Shown here piece after piece: positions 1-13,413 of a stretch of DNA of 64,000 nucleotides (within the stretch, counting starts at the first letter, position 1; each line of letters starts with the position of its first letter). The position numbers and the translations under genes were made by a program. Source of the stretch: Microbotryum violaceum. Taxonomy: Eukaryota. The stretch covers positions 248,001-312,000 of the forward strand of contig CDLV01000013.1 of the NCBI GenBank assembly GCA_001244265.2. Reading direction: 5' to 3'. The notes under the pieces were generated by a model, which saw only the letters and a list, made by a program, of their open reading frames with translations, had not been told where the DNA came from and did not search any database.

Positions 1-1
1 C

Positions 2-577
2 AATCAGATTCAAATCGTAACTAGTCCGTCGCCGGTTGGGACCTCACCGACAGAGGAGTTCGGTCAAGGCTCTCCTGGACCTCGTCAAGGATCGTCGCCG
101 TCGATGCTTCACTCGCCTGCCAGCAATCTTTCATCAGCTAGTCCCGCAACACCGTTGCAAGACGACGCTCAAGTCCAAGAGGACGGCACCCATCTGACTG
201 TGACACCTCGTCGGCCGAATAAGCTGAACCTCGGTGACTCGGCACCGTTCCGAGTTCGAGACCGCTCCAACTCGGGTCACTCTGGACCTCGAACGCCTAG
301 ATATGCCTCTAGAACTCGCAACGCGCGCTCACCCTCCGTCGCACCATCAGGCATCTCGATCGCTGAAGAGGTAGAAGGCCACAGCGGCGTGGTCGTCATT
401 TCCCAATCGATCGCCTTGATCGAGGAGGTATTGGAGGAAGAACGTAAGGAACACGAAGAGAGGAAGGAGAAGGAGCAAAAAAGGCATGCGCAGGAATCGC
501 AGGATCGTAAATTGGGTTGGTTCTCAAAGCTGTTGCTCAAGTATGGTGAGGATGAGGATGAAGCTAAATCGACTTAG
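2..577 (+). CDS. 3' end of an unidentified gene (S/P-rich disordered region plus charged coiled coil); truncated by window edge
   Basis: Frame is open from position 2 to TAG at 575-577, followed by a T-rich 3'-UTR-like tract; no recognisable domain. Confidence 0.6.
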   Translation, partial: NQIQIVTSPSPVGTSPTEEFGQGSPGPRQGSSPSMLHSPASNLSSASPATPLQDDAQVQEDGTHLTVTPRRPNKLNLGDSAPFRVRDRSNSGHSGPRTPRYASRTRNARSPSVAPSGISIAEEVEGHSGVVVISQSIALIEEVLEEERKEHEERKEKEQKRHAQESQDRKLGWFSKLLLKYGEDEDEAKST

Positions 578-915
578 CGGGGCGATAATGGGTCCCGGGC
601 GTGGGTGTCCGTTTTTATTTTCTATTTTTAATCTTGTTACTTTGTTAGGTTTGTTTTCAAGATTGCTCGTTTCATCCATGTGGTTACCGTAGAGACAGTG
701 GAACCAACATCATCGCTCTTTGAAGGCTACGCAACAACGCATAACGACTCTGATGAACCAGTATTTGAACACGTCCATGTGCCGCCATCCCCTACGGACG
801 AACCTGTTCACTCGTAGCAGTTCTCTGAAAAAGCTCTCCATATTTCAACCACTGCAAGACAAGCCCACCTTGTCATTCCAACAGGCGACCACCCTTAAGT
901 CTTGGGAATCTTCGG

Positions 916-1815
916 ATGACTTCCTGCTCTCAAAGCTGTGTGGCCACACCTCGATCCATTCCCAGAGTCGGTCTCGTCGGTTTCTGTGTCGAGCGCGACA
1001 TCAAGATTTCTCTGGACGACGAGCAAGTCAAAAATTGGCTCAATCTATACAAAAGCAGTTTTCGATGCGACCCGTCTTCCCCATTCATCGTCTCGAACAT
1101 GCTCCGTCGGCGACGAGAAGACTGTTTCGCCAACTCGCTTTTCGGGTTCCCAAAGAGAAGCTGAGGTGGCTCGGATCGCAGCAGCACTGCTCGAAAATGG
1201 ATGTTTTGGCAGAATTGACCCCCAAAAAATCAAGGGCACGAAAAGGTACAGGGCAACAGCAGAAGCAGAAGCAGAGAAGGATATCGACCGTATTCTGGCA
1301 TTCGTCCAAGCACGCACGTACTTCAACCAGGCGAGACTCGCTCAACACGCTCGCTTTCACTCTTTCAGTTTGTGCAGTGCCGCCGCATCGGATCCGAATA
1401 CATGGCCAGGAACAAGGCCTTCTTCACGCAAGTCACGCATACAATCAACTAAATTCTCGTATGGGTAAGCTGATCTGACAATCCTACGGCATGGTCATCA
1501 TTGCAGCCTCGTCCCGCCGGGCCCCTTTTCTCACCGACCGTCCACCGTTGCCCGGAGAAAAAGCTATCACCGGTCAAGAGGTCCATTACCGACGCCGATC
1601 TTGACATTGACCATGCCCCTCCCAGTAACCATAAGTGGCTCCCTGAAGTCTCGCTCTCTCAACGTCAACTGAAACCAATTCTTATAGCCAACAAGTTCGG
1701 TGAACGTCCGATGTGGGTCCCCGGCGCTGACGACCACATGCAAACACTGCAAAAAGTCGTCCAGACACGGACTGTGACTCTGGTGCTGCATGCCCGATCC
1801 ATGGCACGTTCTTAG
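916..1815 (+). pseudogene. Possible frameshifted orphan or TE-derived coding relic
   Basis: Protein-like segments in different frames (916-1164, ~1150-1468, 1501-1815); no family recognised. Confidence 0.25.
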
Positions 1816-2589
1816 TAATACTAGCTGACGTTGTCAGTCGGTGTTACTCCGTCAAAGGTTCAGGAACCTGTCTTCCCCTCCGGGGGCGCTTTAATAGCCT
1901 GTACTACCTGATGGCGAGAGATGAGAATAATGGGATACCAACGAGGAAATAGTTTGAGAGTGATTCGAGCAAGGGGGGCTTAGGGGCGCAATGGTCCGCC
2001 CCAAAACACATTCAAGAACATTTTTCGTGACTGTCGAACTACACATTTCAAGTTTTTCAACACCTCGGGCGCTGAAGAGGTCTACCGCGTCATCTGGTGC
2101 TTCGGCGTCTTCGCGAGCTTCGGAGTTGGGCCCGCGGCTCCCCCTGAGGCTGGCCACGCGAACCTGTTAGTGGGGCTGGGCGACTTGGGGCGGGACAGGC
2201 GGGACAGGGCGGGACGCCGCCGGACGCTGCAGGACGCAGCAGGACGCGGCTCCCTTGCTCGTCATCACCAAGCGCCGTGCTGGGCAAAGCTCCGTTTCGT
2301 CTACCCACCTACATCGCTTGCGTGACCGAGCGTGTCTTTTTTCTCCTCAATCCATTACTTGGCAGGCCCTGGTGGTGACACTCCCTTCAAGGCTTGAATA
2401 TACTTACCGCCAGGCTCGTTGCCGTCCTTCGAGCGGTCGACTGACAGCCAGTGACCCTCGTCATAAAGCGCGACGCAGCGTCGTCGCGACTGCCCGCGCC
2501 AGAGCCAGCCAGCCGGACCACCAGCTGCCGTTCCCAACCTCACAACTCCTACGCTCTTTCGCCAAGGATTGCAGTGACCGTGTTCGACC

Positions 2590-5500
2590 ATGGACTTCGC
2601 CCATATCGTCAAGCAGGCGAGGGAACAACAAAAGTCGCATGGGTTCAAGTCGCCGCACCATCTCTCGCTCAACTCGAATCAGAGCGACCACCACTACGAC
2701 GAGGGAGTGACACCGGGTAGCACACCGGCCTCGCCTGGCTTCAACGGAGCACGATTTCGCTCGAGCCATTCCCCTGCCAACGCCGAGACGTCCCTAGCTC
2801 GGCCCATATCGCGAGGGGCAGGTGCAGGGGCTCCTTCAACCCCAGGCTCGGGGACTCAGCCCGCCTCCACCCCGACCCCAACGCCGACTCGACCCCGTCA
2901 CCGCTCCCAGGCCTCTTTCGACTGGTTCGCCGATCTACCCCCCAATAGCCCTTCGGGTACGGGATTTCCCACCCTGGGACAGCAGACAAGCTCTCGCAAC
3001 CCGAGCAGTCGTAATCCTTCCTTCTCGAAGCGCGACTCGAGATGGAACCCTTCAACCTCGAACGGTCATGCCTGCGTTTCGGACAGTCCTCGGGAGTTGT
3101 CCGAAGCCGAAGAGGAAGACGAAAACCAGGACAACGGCAACAGGAAGAAGAAGTCTCTCAAAAGTGGAAGTCTCGAATCGAGTATACCCCCCAAGGATGA
3201 AGAGCCGCCAGGCAAGGGAAAGCGATCGAGCAGAGATCTCGGCAAGTCGTCCCAGTCCGATCAGTCCGAGTTCCGAGGCGCCTTCACCGAAGAGGACATG
3301 ACCCGCGGCGCAAGAGCTTTGAAAAGACGGTCCGGATCCGAGAGCGCCGCGAGTGGTCCCAGAAGGAACAGTACTATGAATAGTCAGCACGACGAGGCTC
3401 GTGATCGCTTCCAAGAGTTGCCCGAAGAATCATCGCCGCACACCGCCGGGACCGTTCCAGACAAAGGCAAGGATCAACCGGGCTCGTCCTCGACTGGCGC
3501 TGCACCGCCTCCCTTGGGTGGCCGCAAGCAAAGTTTGTGGCAGGGGGCAGCCGAACTTTTTGGTGTGTCTTCTGGCTCTGGACCTGCACCCGCCGAAGCC
3601 GAAGCCGAAGAAGCGGACAACGAGGAACTAGATGGTGACCCCGAGGCGCGGAAAGCCAAGGTGAGCCAAGGAGCCAGGAAATCGTCGGCATGGGGGGTCG
3701 TCAAAAAGAAACTAGGTGGAGAAACCAAACAGCCAAAACAAAAGGCCGGGGCTACGTTGACCGGTCATGAACTCATCGCGGTGAGTTTTTAGGTGATCGT
3801 TGACCTTGCTCACTTCATATCCCGCTGACGATCGACCTTGCGCTTGTTCACAGGAATTGACGACGGGTATCCTGCCAATGGTGATTGTCAAAATGGCCGT
3901 CATGGATCGCGATGAACGAGGCGAGCATCGCATACCCATTCTCATGAACTACCTCAAGCTTCGCATCACCGATTCGGTCTACCCGTTCCACGACCGTCAC
4001 GCCGTCTTCCGTTGCGAACTCGAGTATGGCGACGCTGCGGTCAAGTGGGTCATCTATCGCGAGCTCAAGGATTTCATCAATTTACACGCCCACTACCGTG
4101 TGGCGAACTTGCGACAAGGTATCGAGAAATTCCCGACTTTTCCCAAGACGAGTATCCCGTACCTCAACTGGCTCAAGAGTGAGAGGGGTGGCTCGATCGC
4201 CAAGGCTGACTTTGCCAAGGCGCAGAGGAAGGCGCTGGAGGGCTATTTACTCAAACTTATTCGCGCTACCGTGAGTGGTTTAAAGGCATGTTCTACTACA
4301 GATCGAGCGCACTCCCTAATCCACTGTCTCCCCTGCAGATGTTCGGCCCGGGAGCGAATCGCTTGTGCAAGTTCTTGGAAATCTCGGCCATGTCACTTTC
4401 GCTCGCGACTCGGGGCGGCGAGCAGGGCAAACAAGGCTATTTGGTGAGGCGGACAGACCGTCAGAGTAGCTGGGTAGTATAGCTGATGTGTTCACCTTTC
4501 ACACAGACCATCGCTTCTTCGGGAGCGTCGAGGCGCAAGGCCCCAGGCTTCCATCCATTAGCGTTCAGCAATCGACATCAGCCCAAGTGGTTTATCGTGC
4601 GCGATAGCTTCATTGTTGCCGTCGACGATCCAGCCTCGACTGAGATCTACGACGTCATCATGGTCGACTCGACATTCGAGCTCGAGCGTCCCAAGCGTAT
4701 CCTGCGGCAGGGTCTCAACGCCATCACTTTCAACAGTGACTCCTCCGAAGAAGCCGATGGGCATCAGGATGACATCGTTGCGTCGGAGAAGAAGCCAATG
4801 GGCCATCGCGGCGCTGGCGATCCCAATGATCCCTCGACAACGGGCGCAGGCTCCGATCTACACAAACTGAAAGAGACCTCGAACCATACGTTCTACCTCC
4901 GCACCTCGGAACGCAAGCTCCGTTTGATCGCCAAGACCGAACGTCAGCAGGATCAGTTCATCGCCTCGATTGAAAAGATGCTCGCCAAGACGATTTGGGC
5001 CGGCAAGAACCGCTTCGACTCGTTCGCGCCGATCCGACTCAACGCGTCTGCGCAGTGGCTCATCGATGGCCGAGATTACTTTTGGAGCTTGTCCCGAGCG
5101 ATCTTGTTGGCCAAACATCGCATCTATATCCACGATTGGTGGCTCAGTCCTGAACTCTACATGCGGCGACCGGCCGCGGAGAACGAACAGTGGCGCCTGG
5201 ACCGATTGCTGCAGAAGAAGGCGGAAGAAGGCGTGCAGATCTTTGTGGTTAGTTACCGTAGCATGGGTAATGATGCGCTGCTCAGGTCATATTCTGACGC
5301 TCCGTCTCTCCTTCTGCACCAGATCGTCTACAAGGAAGTCTCGAACGACTTCACCCCCGTCGAATCAAACTACACCAAGAGCAGGCTGCGAGGACTGCAT
5401 CCGAACGTGCACATCCAGCGATCGCCCTCGCACACTTCGACTGGAACGCTTTTGTGGTCTCATGTGAGTCAGTTGAGAGCGCTAGTTCCCGGTTGACAGA

Positions 5501-8500
5501 TAGTGACACGCGGCTTGTCCAACCCACTCCACAGCACGAGAAGATGTGTGTCATTGACGAGACGATCGGCTTCATGGGGGGTCTCGATCTCTGCTTCGGT
5601 CGCTGGGATACCCCAGGGCATGTCCTCACGGATGAGCAACCGAATGTCGTGTTCGATCCCGAGTTGAGCAAGTCCGCAGATGCCGAAGCGAGAGCGGGAT
5701 CACAGATCTGGCCGGGCAAGGATTACTCCAACTCCCGCGTCCTCGACTTCCACACCTTGACCAAGCCCGAAGAAGACATGTACGATCGAGGCAAGGTTCC
5801 TCGTCAGCCTTGGCATGACATTGGGCTGCAGATCATTGGCCAGCCCGCACGAGACCTGTGTCGCCACTTTATTCAGAGGTTCGTGTCATGCTGGAGCCTC
5901 TTATCAGCATTTTTTGAGCCTGATGATCGAGGATTCCAACGCACAGGTGGAACTACCTGCTGCGTACAAAGAACCATACCGTCAAAATGCCGTTCCTTCT
6001 CCCAGCGCCGGACTTTACCCCCAAAGAGCTGCACGACCAGCGCATCACGGGAACTTGCGAGGTGCAGATCTGTCGATCTGTCGGTCCGTGGTCGATGGGT
6101 ATCTCCCACGTTGAGCATTCGATCCAGAACGCCTACATCAAAGCTATCCAGCTCTCGGATCATTTCGTCTACATTGGTGAGCTGACAACCCGCTCCATGC
6201 GCTTGCGAGCTCAGCTGATCCTGGAACGGGCCTGTCTTCCTCAGAAAACCAATTCTTTATCACCTCGACTGAAGTTGAAAGCACAATTATCGAGAACAGG
6301 ATCGGTGACGCGCTCGTCTCGCGGATCTTGCGAGCTCACAGCGAAGGCACAGCCTGGCGCGCCATCATCATCATTCCTCTTGTTCCTGGATGTGAGTTGC
6401 TCTCTAGTATGATAGAGTCGATAAAAAGGCAAAGTCACTGACTCTGTGTTCGAGGCACAGATCCTTTCCCTGTCGACCATTCGGATGCTGGATCGGTACG
6501 ACTGATTATGGAGTGCCAATACCGCTCAATCTGCCGAGGCGAGCACTCGATCTTTGCTCGTCTGCGCCGCGAGGGGATCGATCCGGACGAATACATCACA
6601 TTCTTTGGCCTTCGAGGCTGGGGCAAGATGATTTCGGGGATGCTGACCACCGAGGCGGTGAGTCACGTTCACCCGAACATGACCACTCCTTTGGACGTAC
6701 TAACATGCTCAAGTGCGCATCATCCAGGTCTACATTCATGCCAAGGCCATGATCGTTGACGACCGAATTGCCATCATTGGCTCGGCGAACATCAATGAGC
6801 GTTCTCAGCGAGGCGATCGCGATTCCGAGCTGGCATGCATCATTCGAGACACCGACATGATCGACAGCACGATGGGAGGCAAGCCGTACAAGGTAGGCCG
6901 ATTCGCCCACACGATGCGCGTGCGCCTCATGCGCGAGCATCTCGGTGTCGACGTCGACGAGTTGGATGCGGGTGACGAGGACTTGCTCGAGCAGACGGAT
7001 AACGAGACGAGTCGCCAAGAAGCCGACGAAGCGTGGGATCCCGACAATGAGCAGAAAAAGGGTGATCAAGGCGGTCAACGCGTCGGGCACACGTTCCATT
7101 GGGCGGAGAGCGTGGCCAAAACAATGGGCGAGAACACAGGCAGCGTCATCTCCGGCGCGAAGGAAACTGTGTCGCTCGGGATGCAGAAGGGCGCCGGCAA
7201 GGTCGATAACCACCTCAAGGGCGTAGTTGACAGGATGGACGGAGCCAGTGACGGCGCCGTGCATCGCGAAGAGGAGACAAGTGCGGCGGACAAAATTATT
7301 CAGGGCGAGAAGGGCGGCAAAGGGTTCGCTTCGACGGTCGTTCCGACATTGGAGGAGAAGGTAATGGCCGAGGAGCGACCCACCGATGATCAAAAGACCA
7401 AATCGGGGCTGCGCGAAGGCAAGCTGTCGGCCAACCAGCGAGAAGGGGCTGAAGGAGTGACGGTGAACCCACCAGGAGCCAGCGGTGTGCACGAACATCG
7501 AAACGAATCCGACGACAAAGCGTCAAAGACCAAGCAAGCTTCGAATGACGCCGAGAAGCACCTGGGCGAGAAGATGACGATGAGCAGTCCCGAGGCCGAC
7601 GATGTTCGCAAGTTCGAGCGTGAACCCGTTATGGAAGGTGACGACGGCAAGTCGACCTCGACTACCAGCTCCAAGGAAGAGGGGACCGAGTTGCACCACA
7701 AGCACTTGGATCCAGTCGTACCCAAGACGGAGACCGTGGATGGGAAATCTCGAATTCAGGACGATGCTCCACCTCCAGATAGCAAACCCAAGGGTGGTGC
7801 CAACGGTTCGTTGAGTGATGAGTCGTCCAAGAACAGGTCATCGTCCCCCTCCACCGCGAAAGCGTCATCGTCCACGACCCCCTCCTCACCTTCGTCGAGT
7901 GCAAGCCCGAGTGCGAAGGCCAACGAAGCTGCGGCAAATCGCACGACCATTACCGGAACCTTGCGGCGCAACCTCAAGGAACGCGGCAACGTCTATTCAA
8001 TCCCCGTCCCCGCTCCCAAAATCGATCCCTTCGGCTTCAGCGACCCCATCGTCGACTCCTTCTTCAAGAATGTCTGGGTTGCAGCGGCTGTGCGCAATAC
8101 GCAGGCGTATCGTAAGGTGTTCCGATGCGTCCCTGATGACTTGGTGCAAACGTGGAAGCAATACCGAGAGTTCCAGGTGAGTCTCAGAGAGACTTTGCAA
8201 ACATGTGCCCGTCCTGACGGCGCTCGAGGGACCCACAGATCTGGGCAGAGCGTCACAACAAGGCTCCTAAGGATGTTGTTCCTCCGGGTGACGAAGCGCC
8301 TCACACCGATCCCGATCATCATTCGGGGCAGCACGGCGCGGGTGGAGGCGGTTCCGGCGGAGGAGCCATGGGTCAGGGTCAGGATGATCCGCCTAAGGGG
8401 GAGACGATGCATAAGATCAGTACTCGGGGCGATCGTGCCGCGTCGACGGGAAACTCGGTGACGAGTCCCACGGGTACGTCCAGCCCCGCGGATAACGGCG

Positions 8501-8964
8501 GTCCATCGGTCAAGAGGGATCGGTCGGGTACGTTGGCTGGTGAGGGGCATGACCATGAAGAAGGGTTCCCAGGATGGGAAAGGGAACAGATGGAGAAGTG
8601 CTTGGATCAACTGTCTGGTTGTTTGGGTGAGTCTGGAATGAGTTCAAAGGCGTGCGCTTTGTTTGCGGATGTTCACGGACTGATCTCAAGTCGATCTCTC
8701 TCCCAGTCGTATTCCCAACTCGATTCCTCGAGGCCGAATCTGCTGGGGGCAACTTCTTGTAAGCGTCCGATGGGTCTGCATAAGGGGCCTGTGTGTACTG
8801 ATGGCTTCTTTGTTGCACAATTCGACAACCTCGCAGATTCAGCAAAGATCGCCTGCCTCCCCTTTCTGTGAGTAGCCATGCATTCGACTTTGTTTGGGCG
8901 ACTTTGAGTGCATATATATTCTAACGCCCTCCTCCGTTCTACCATGTCACAGATTTACGATTAG
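2590..8964 (+). CDS. SPO14: Phospholipase D1 (Spo14-type; PX-PH-HKD-HKD), multi-exon
   Basis: PX-like KWVIYRELKDFINLH; NRFDSFAPIR; WLIDGRDYF; IYIHDWWLSPELY; HKD1 H|HEKMCVID split by an intron at ~5464; PRQPWHD; HKD2 YIHAKAMIVDDRIAIIGSANINERSQRGDRDSE; spliced end ...FPTRFLE...NFL|FSKDRLPPLS|IYD*. Confidence 0.95.
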
Positions 8965-10115
8965 GCCTAAATCCATCTTAGTGGTTTCAATGCGCGCTGT
9001 TTATTGTTTGTACCACCCTTGGTAATCTTTGTGTTCGGTGATCGTGTTTCTTGGGCATTTATCTATTGCAATCCTCGTGTATGACAGCAATTTTATCGAC
9101 TTGAACCCAATCGCAACTTTACCCAATGATAGTGGAGCTTTTGACCACGATACTAAGGATGAGGCTGTGGTCAAGCCACGGGCCTGCTTGAAGCTCAAAA
9201 TGTTCACGAGTCGGAGCGTCTGCCGACCCTCTCATGAATCTTCAGGTGGTTCCTTTCTTGAGGTTGATGCATGGAGTAAGACCGGTCATGTAATGTCCGC
9301 CGCAAACCCCGTGCGCCCGGACGAACTCCGGTCTGTGCCGATCGCCTCGCAAAATTGAACGGATGGACGGACAAGTTACGCTTGCGCCCAAGAACGGCTT
9401 TTCACTTGGGGGTGAGGTTAGTACGACCGCACGGCTCGGCCGGCAAGGGGGTTAGAGCAGTCTCGACCACACCCTGAGATCGAGGCTAGATGCGAAGCGA
9501 TGAGTCAAAGGACTCTCGCGTGTGAGAAATTCCGCGCAAAAACTGATCGACTTGTGGCTAATCGGTATTCGTACGAATGATAGGCTGGAATGAGGCTGGA
9601 ACTGGACAGAGGCTCAGAGTCAGCGCTCGATCGGGCGGGAGCTCGGGCACCGGCAACCTTCTTGCCGAGTCGCGTGAGCTCGAGCTGCTGGGCGCCGATC
9701 GCCTGCCTTTGACTCGGTCGACCCGAAAAAGTTCAGTGGGCTCAAGTAAAAGTCATTTTAGGTGGCGAAACAGACTTTTCACGGTGAAATGATAAGAGGA
9801 GCCGGAAGAGAATCAGCACTTTGAGAAGTATGAGCCGGGGCTGAAATAGGTACATCGAGTGAGCCCGGCCAAGCCCCGTCGCGCGAACGGTCGGCGCGTG
9901 ATTGAGGCGAGCGCACGCTTGCGGACAATCACCAGCACGGGTTTCTCATGGGCCGACTGTCTCCGACTGTGGGCCGCGGTGGGCCGTAGCCGTCGCGCTG
10001 ACCTTGAAAGCTTGAACCTCCGAAACGGCACCTCTCTTCTCTTGGCTCTCGTTCTGATTCCTGCAAACTCACCCCTTCGGAAGTCTTTTTGCTCATATCA
10101 TCACCCTCACGTATC

Positions 10116-12581
10116 ATGTCTTCCTCCTTTGAAGCCCAAGAGGACCAATCGTTTCAGCAAGAGGTGGCTGCCGTCAAGGAATGGTGGAAGGTCAGTTCCC
10201 GGTTCTCGGTCGTCATCTCGTCTCGTCATACCCGCCTGGCGCTCGGGCTGGCTGCCTGTCAGCCAAGCCCCGCTCGCCGCTCAGGAGGTCATGCTCGGTC
10301 TGCGGGCGTTTCTTGCGTCTCACCGATCACTATTCGCCGGCATACTTTGCGATTCCATGACACTGACCAGAGATTCGCTCTCGAACACTTCCAGTCTGAG
10401 CGCTTTAACGGTCTGGTGCGACCGTACACGGCCGAGCAAGTCGTGTCCAAGCGAGGCACGATCAAGATCGAGTACCCGTCCAACGCCCAGGGCAAGAAGC
10501 TCTACAACGTCCTCAAGGCCAAGGCCGCGAAGGGGGAACCTTCCCACACGTATGGAGCGTGAGTTTCACACTCGAATGATGTGATGTTTGTGCGTGATCT
10601 CGGCAAAACGGTGTCGTTCTTGGCCCGTCTTTCTGCTTTGCCTCGGGAAAGGCGCGGGCGTCCCTCGGCAGTCGGCCTTCTTGCGCGTGAATGCCTTCTC
10701 CGCGCCCGGCTGCTCGAGCAAGCGGGGATTACGGACACTCGACTCTGCGCGGAGACACCCGGCCACATCGCGTGCACCCACTATATAACAGTGTAACGCC
10801 TATTCGTGGCCTATCGCTAGTAGCTACATCCTATGCTTGAGTTTATTGTATGCGATCACAACTGCAGCACTCCTGCGCAGCTGCCGTGGTTTGCTGCAGA
10901 CAGGATCCCGACTTGATCCGACCTGCTCGAAGCTCCATGGCCTTTCCTGATTCGTCTTCGCGGTTCCGAACGGGCTTTTACCATATCGTTTATCTGTGGC
11001 TTCATTCCGCGATCCGGGCACCGGGTACCCCTTTCTGCAATCGACCCGCCTCACAGGCTAGCTGTCTTCGAGGATAATGCTCACCCCTTAACAAGGCTGA
11101 CCACTTTTCATGACCATCTCCTCTTTACAGTCTTGACCCCGTCCAGGTCACCCAGATGGCCAAATACCTCGAGACCGTCTACGTTTCCGGATGGCAATGC
11201 TCCTCGACGGCCTCGTCCAGTAACGAGCCCGGTCCGGATCTTGCTGGTCAGTCATTACACACCACTCATAGAAGGGAGTGTCATCTCGTCTAAACAACAC
11301 TTCTCCTCTTCCACAGACTACCCTTCGAACACCGTTCCCAACAAGGTCGAGCACTTGTTCATGGCCCAGCTCTTCCACGATCGAAAGCAGCGAGAAGCTC
11401 GCTCGGGCCTCTCCGCCGTCGAACGTGCCAAGACCCCTTACATCGACTACCTCCGACCCATCGTCGCCGACGCCGACACCGGACACGGTGGTTTGACCGC
11501 CGTTATGAAGTTGACCAAGATGTTCGTCGAAAAGGGTGCGGCTGGTATCCATATCGAGGATCAGATGCCCGGAACAAAAAAATGCGGTCACATGGCCGGC
11601 AAGGTGCTCGTGCCCATCTCGGAACACATCAACCGATTGGTCGCCATCCGACTGCAGTACGACATCATGGGCGTCGAAAACTTTGCCGTCGCTCGTACCG
11701 ATGCCGAGGCCGCTACGCTACTTTCGTCCAACGTGGACGAGCGTGACCATGCGTTCATCCTCGGTGCGACCGTCAACCAAGGCGAGGATCTCGTCACTGT
11801 CATGAACATCGCCGAGCGCTCCGGAGCTTCCGGCGACAAGCTGCAGGAGGTCGAGGACACCTGGACCAGAAACGCCAAGCTGCAGCTCTTCGGCGATGCC
11901 GTCGCTGTTACCGCCAAGCAACAGGGGGTCTCGCAAGACCGAATCGACGCCTACTTGAAGAAGGCCGCTCACCTTGCACACGCCAAGGCGGCTGCTTTGG
12001 CCCAACTCGAACTCGGCGTCTCGATCTACTGGGACTGGAACGCCCCGCGAACCCGTGAGGGCTTCTACCGTTACCAGGGTGGAACGCAATGCGCCATCAA
12101 CCGAGCTGTCGCCTTCGCGCCTTACTGCGACCTTCTGTGGATGGAGACCAAGTCGCCAATCCTCGCGCAGGCCAAGGAGTTCGCCGCCGGTGTGCGCGCC
12201 GTGCACAAGGGCAAGTGGCTCGCGTACAACCTTTCCCCCTCGTTCAACTGGTCCGCCGCGGGCTTGAACCAGGACGATATGAAGGGTTACGTTTGGGAAT
12301 TGGGCAAGCTTGGCTTCGTGTGGCAATTTATCACGCTCGCCGGTCTGCATTCGAACGCGTACATCTCGGACCTGTTCGCCAAAGCGTTCGCAAACGAAGG
12401 CATGAAGGCTTACGTCAACCTCATTCAATCCCGAGAACGCGATATCGGGTGCGACGTGTTGACGCATCAAAAGTGGTCCGGTGCGGATTACGCCGACAAC
12501 TTGCTCAAGACCGTCACCGGGGGAGTTTCGTCGACGGCGGCGATGGGTGCCGGTGTCACTGAGTCGCAGTTCAAGCACTGA
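10116..12581 (+). CDS. ICL1: Isocitrate lyase (glyoxylate cycle); introns 10191-10394, 10559-11130 and ~11247-11316
   Basis: [36 protein letters not shown], catalytic [26 protein letters not shown] is the isocitrate-type rather than methylisocitrate-type signature. Confidence 0.97.
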
Positions 12582-13413
12582 ACGCTTCTTTGAACAATGA
12601 AGAGTTTGCCTCTACTTTGTATCAGCGATTCTTGTAGTAGTACCCTTCTCTCTATCGCGCCCATCCTCTCTGTCTGTCCGGGCTCCCTCTGCCCTTCTGT
12701 TCTTTGAGAGAGCAATCAAAATCAAGCATTCAACCCAATTTTTCCTGGACTACACGAAAACTCGCGAGAAGGAGAATAGAATCTGCCACGAGAAGGAGAG
12801 AAAAAAAAATGTACCCATCGCTTACTGCCCGAAATAACAAAGTCCGATACATGTGAATGAATGAAGACTCGTTAAATGAAAAAAGCGTATACGGAGATTC
12901 GAGCCCTTTAGAGCGGATGGGGTTCTAAAAGTGACGCGATAGAAAGTCCAGGTCCGAAGACTGGGACTTGCGCGTGTTTTTTGATCTTCGCTTTCTTTGT
13001 TCTGATGGATGATCGGCCCCCGAAACCACACTCCTTTTGTTATCCCTCGGTGAAGGTTATGTTTGTCTTTCTCAGAGGAGATCCCCTGGTAAGAGCAAAC
13101 GCCGAAGTGGAGCGGGTTGCTTGAGTTTCTTGAAGGAGGGGGCGATCTAAAGAAGCGTATAGGGTGGGGGAACGGAAAATCTTGTGTGGTAAAAAAATCA
13201 TTGGAAATCCCTCAGAGGGGGACGTCCAACCAGGGGGGGGGGGGTGAAGATTAAGGATTTGCCTAAGCTCTCAACGACTCTCTTCTCTCCAATGTGGCTC
13301 CTCCAACTGTTTTACCTCCCTTCTCGAAAGATCGGTATTGCAAGCATTTCGTAATCCTGCGTTCCGTTCCAGCCAAAACTATGATTTTCGTTATCCGTCC
13401 GCCGCCTCGTCGC

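Noticed and set aside
11718-12578. 286-aa antisense ORF over ICL1 (and similar ones over PLD, the PX gene, ENGase and the DUF2433-like gene)
   Set aside because: Shadow ORFs expected from GC-rich codon bias on the sense strand; no independent motifs
12579-12593. Cryptic peroxisomal PTS1 by stop read-through in ICL1
   Set aside because: Context is TGA ACG, not TGA CTA, and the extension ends TLL, not a PTS1
13233-13244. G12 run (also A11 at ~36971, (CCCT)n at ~36452, (GGATC)4 at ~31758)
   Set aside because: Simple low-complexity tracts in intergenic or intronic DNA with no further support
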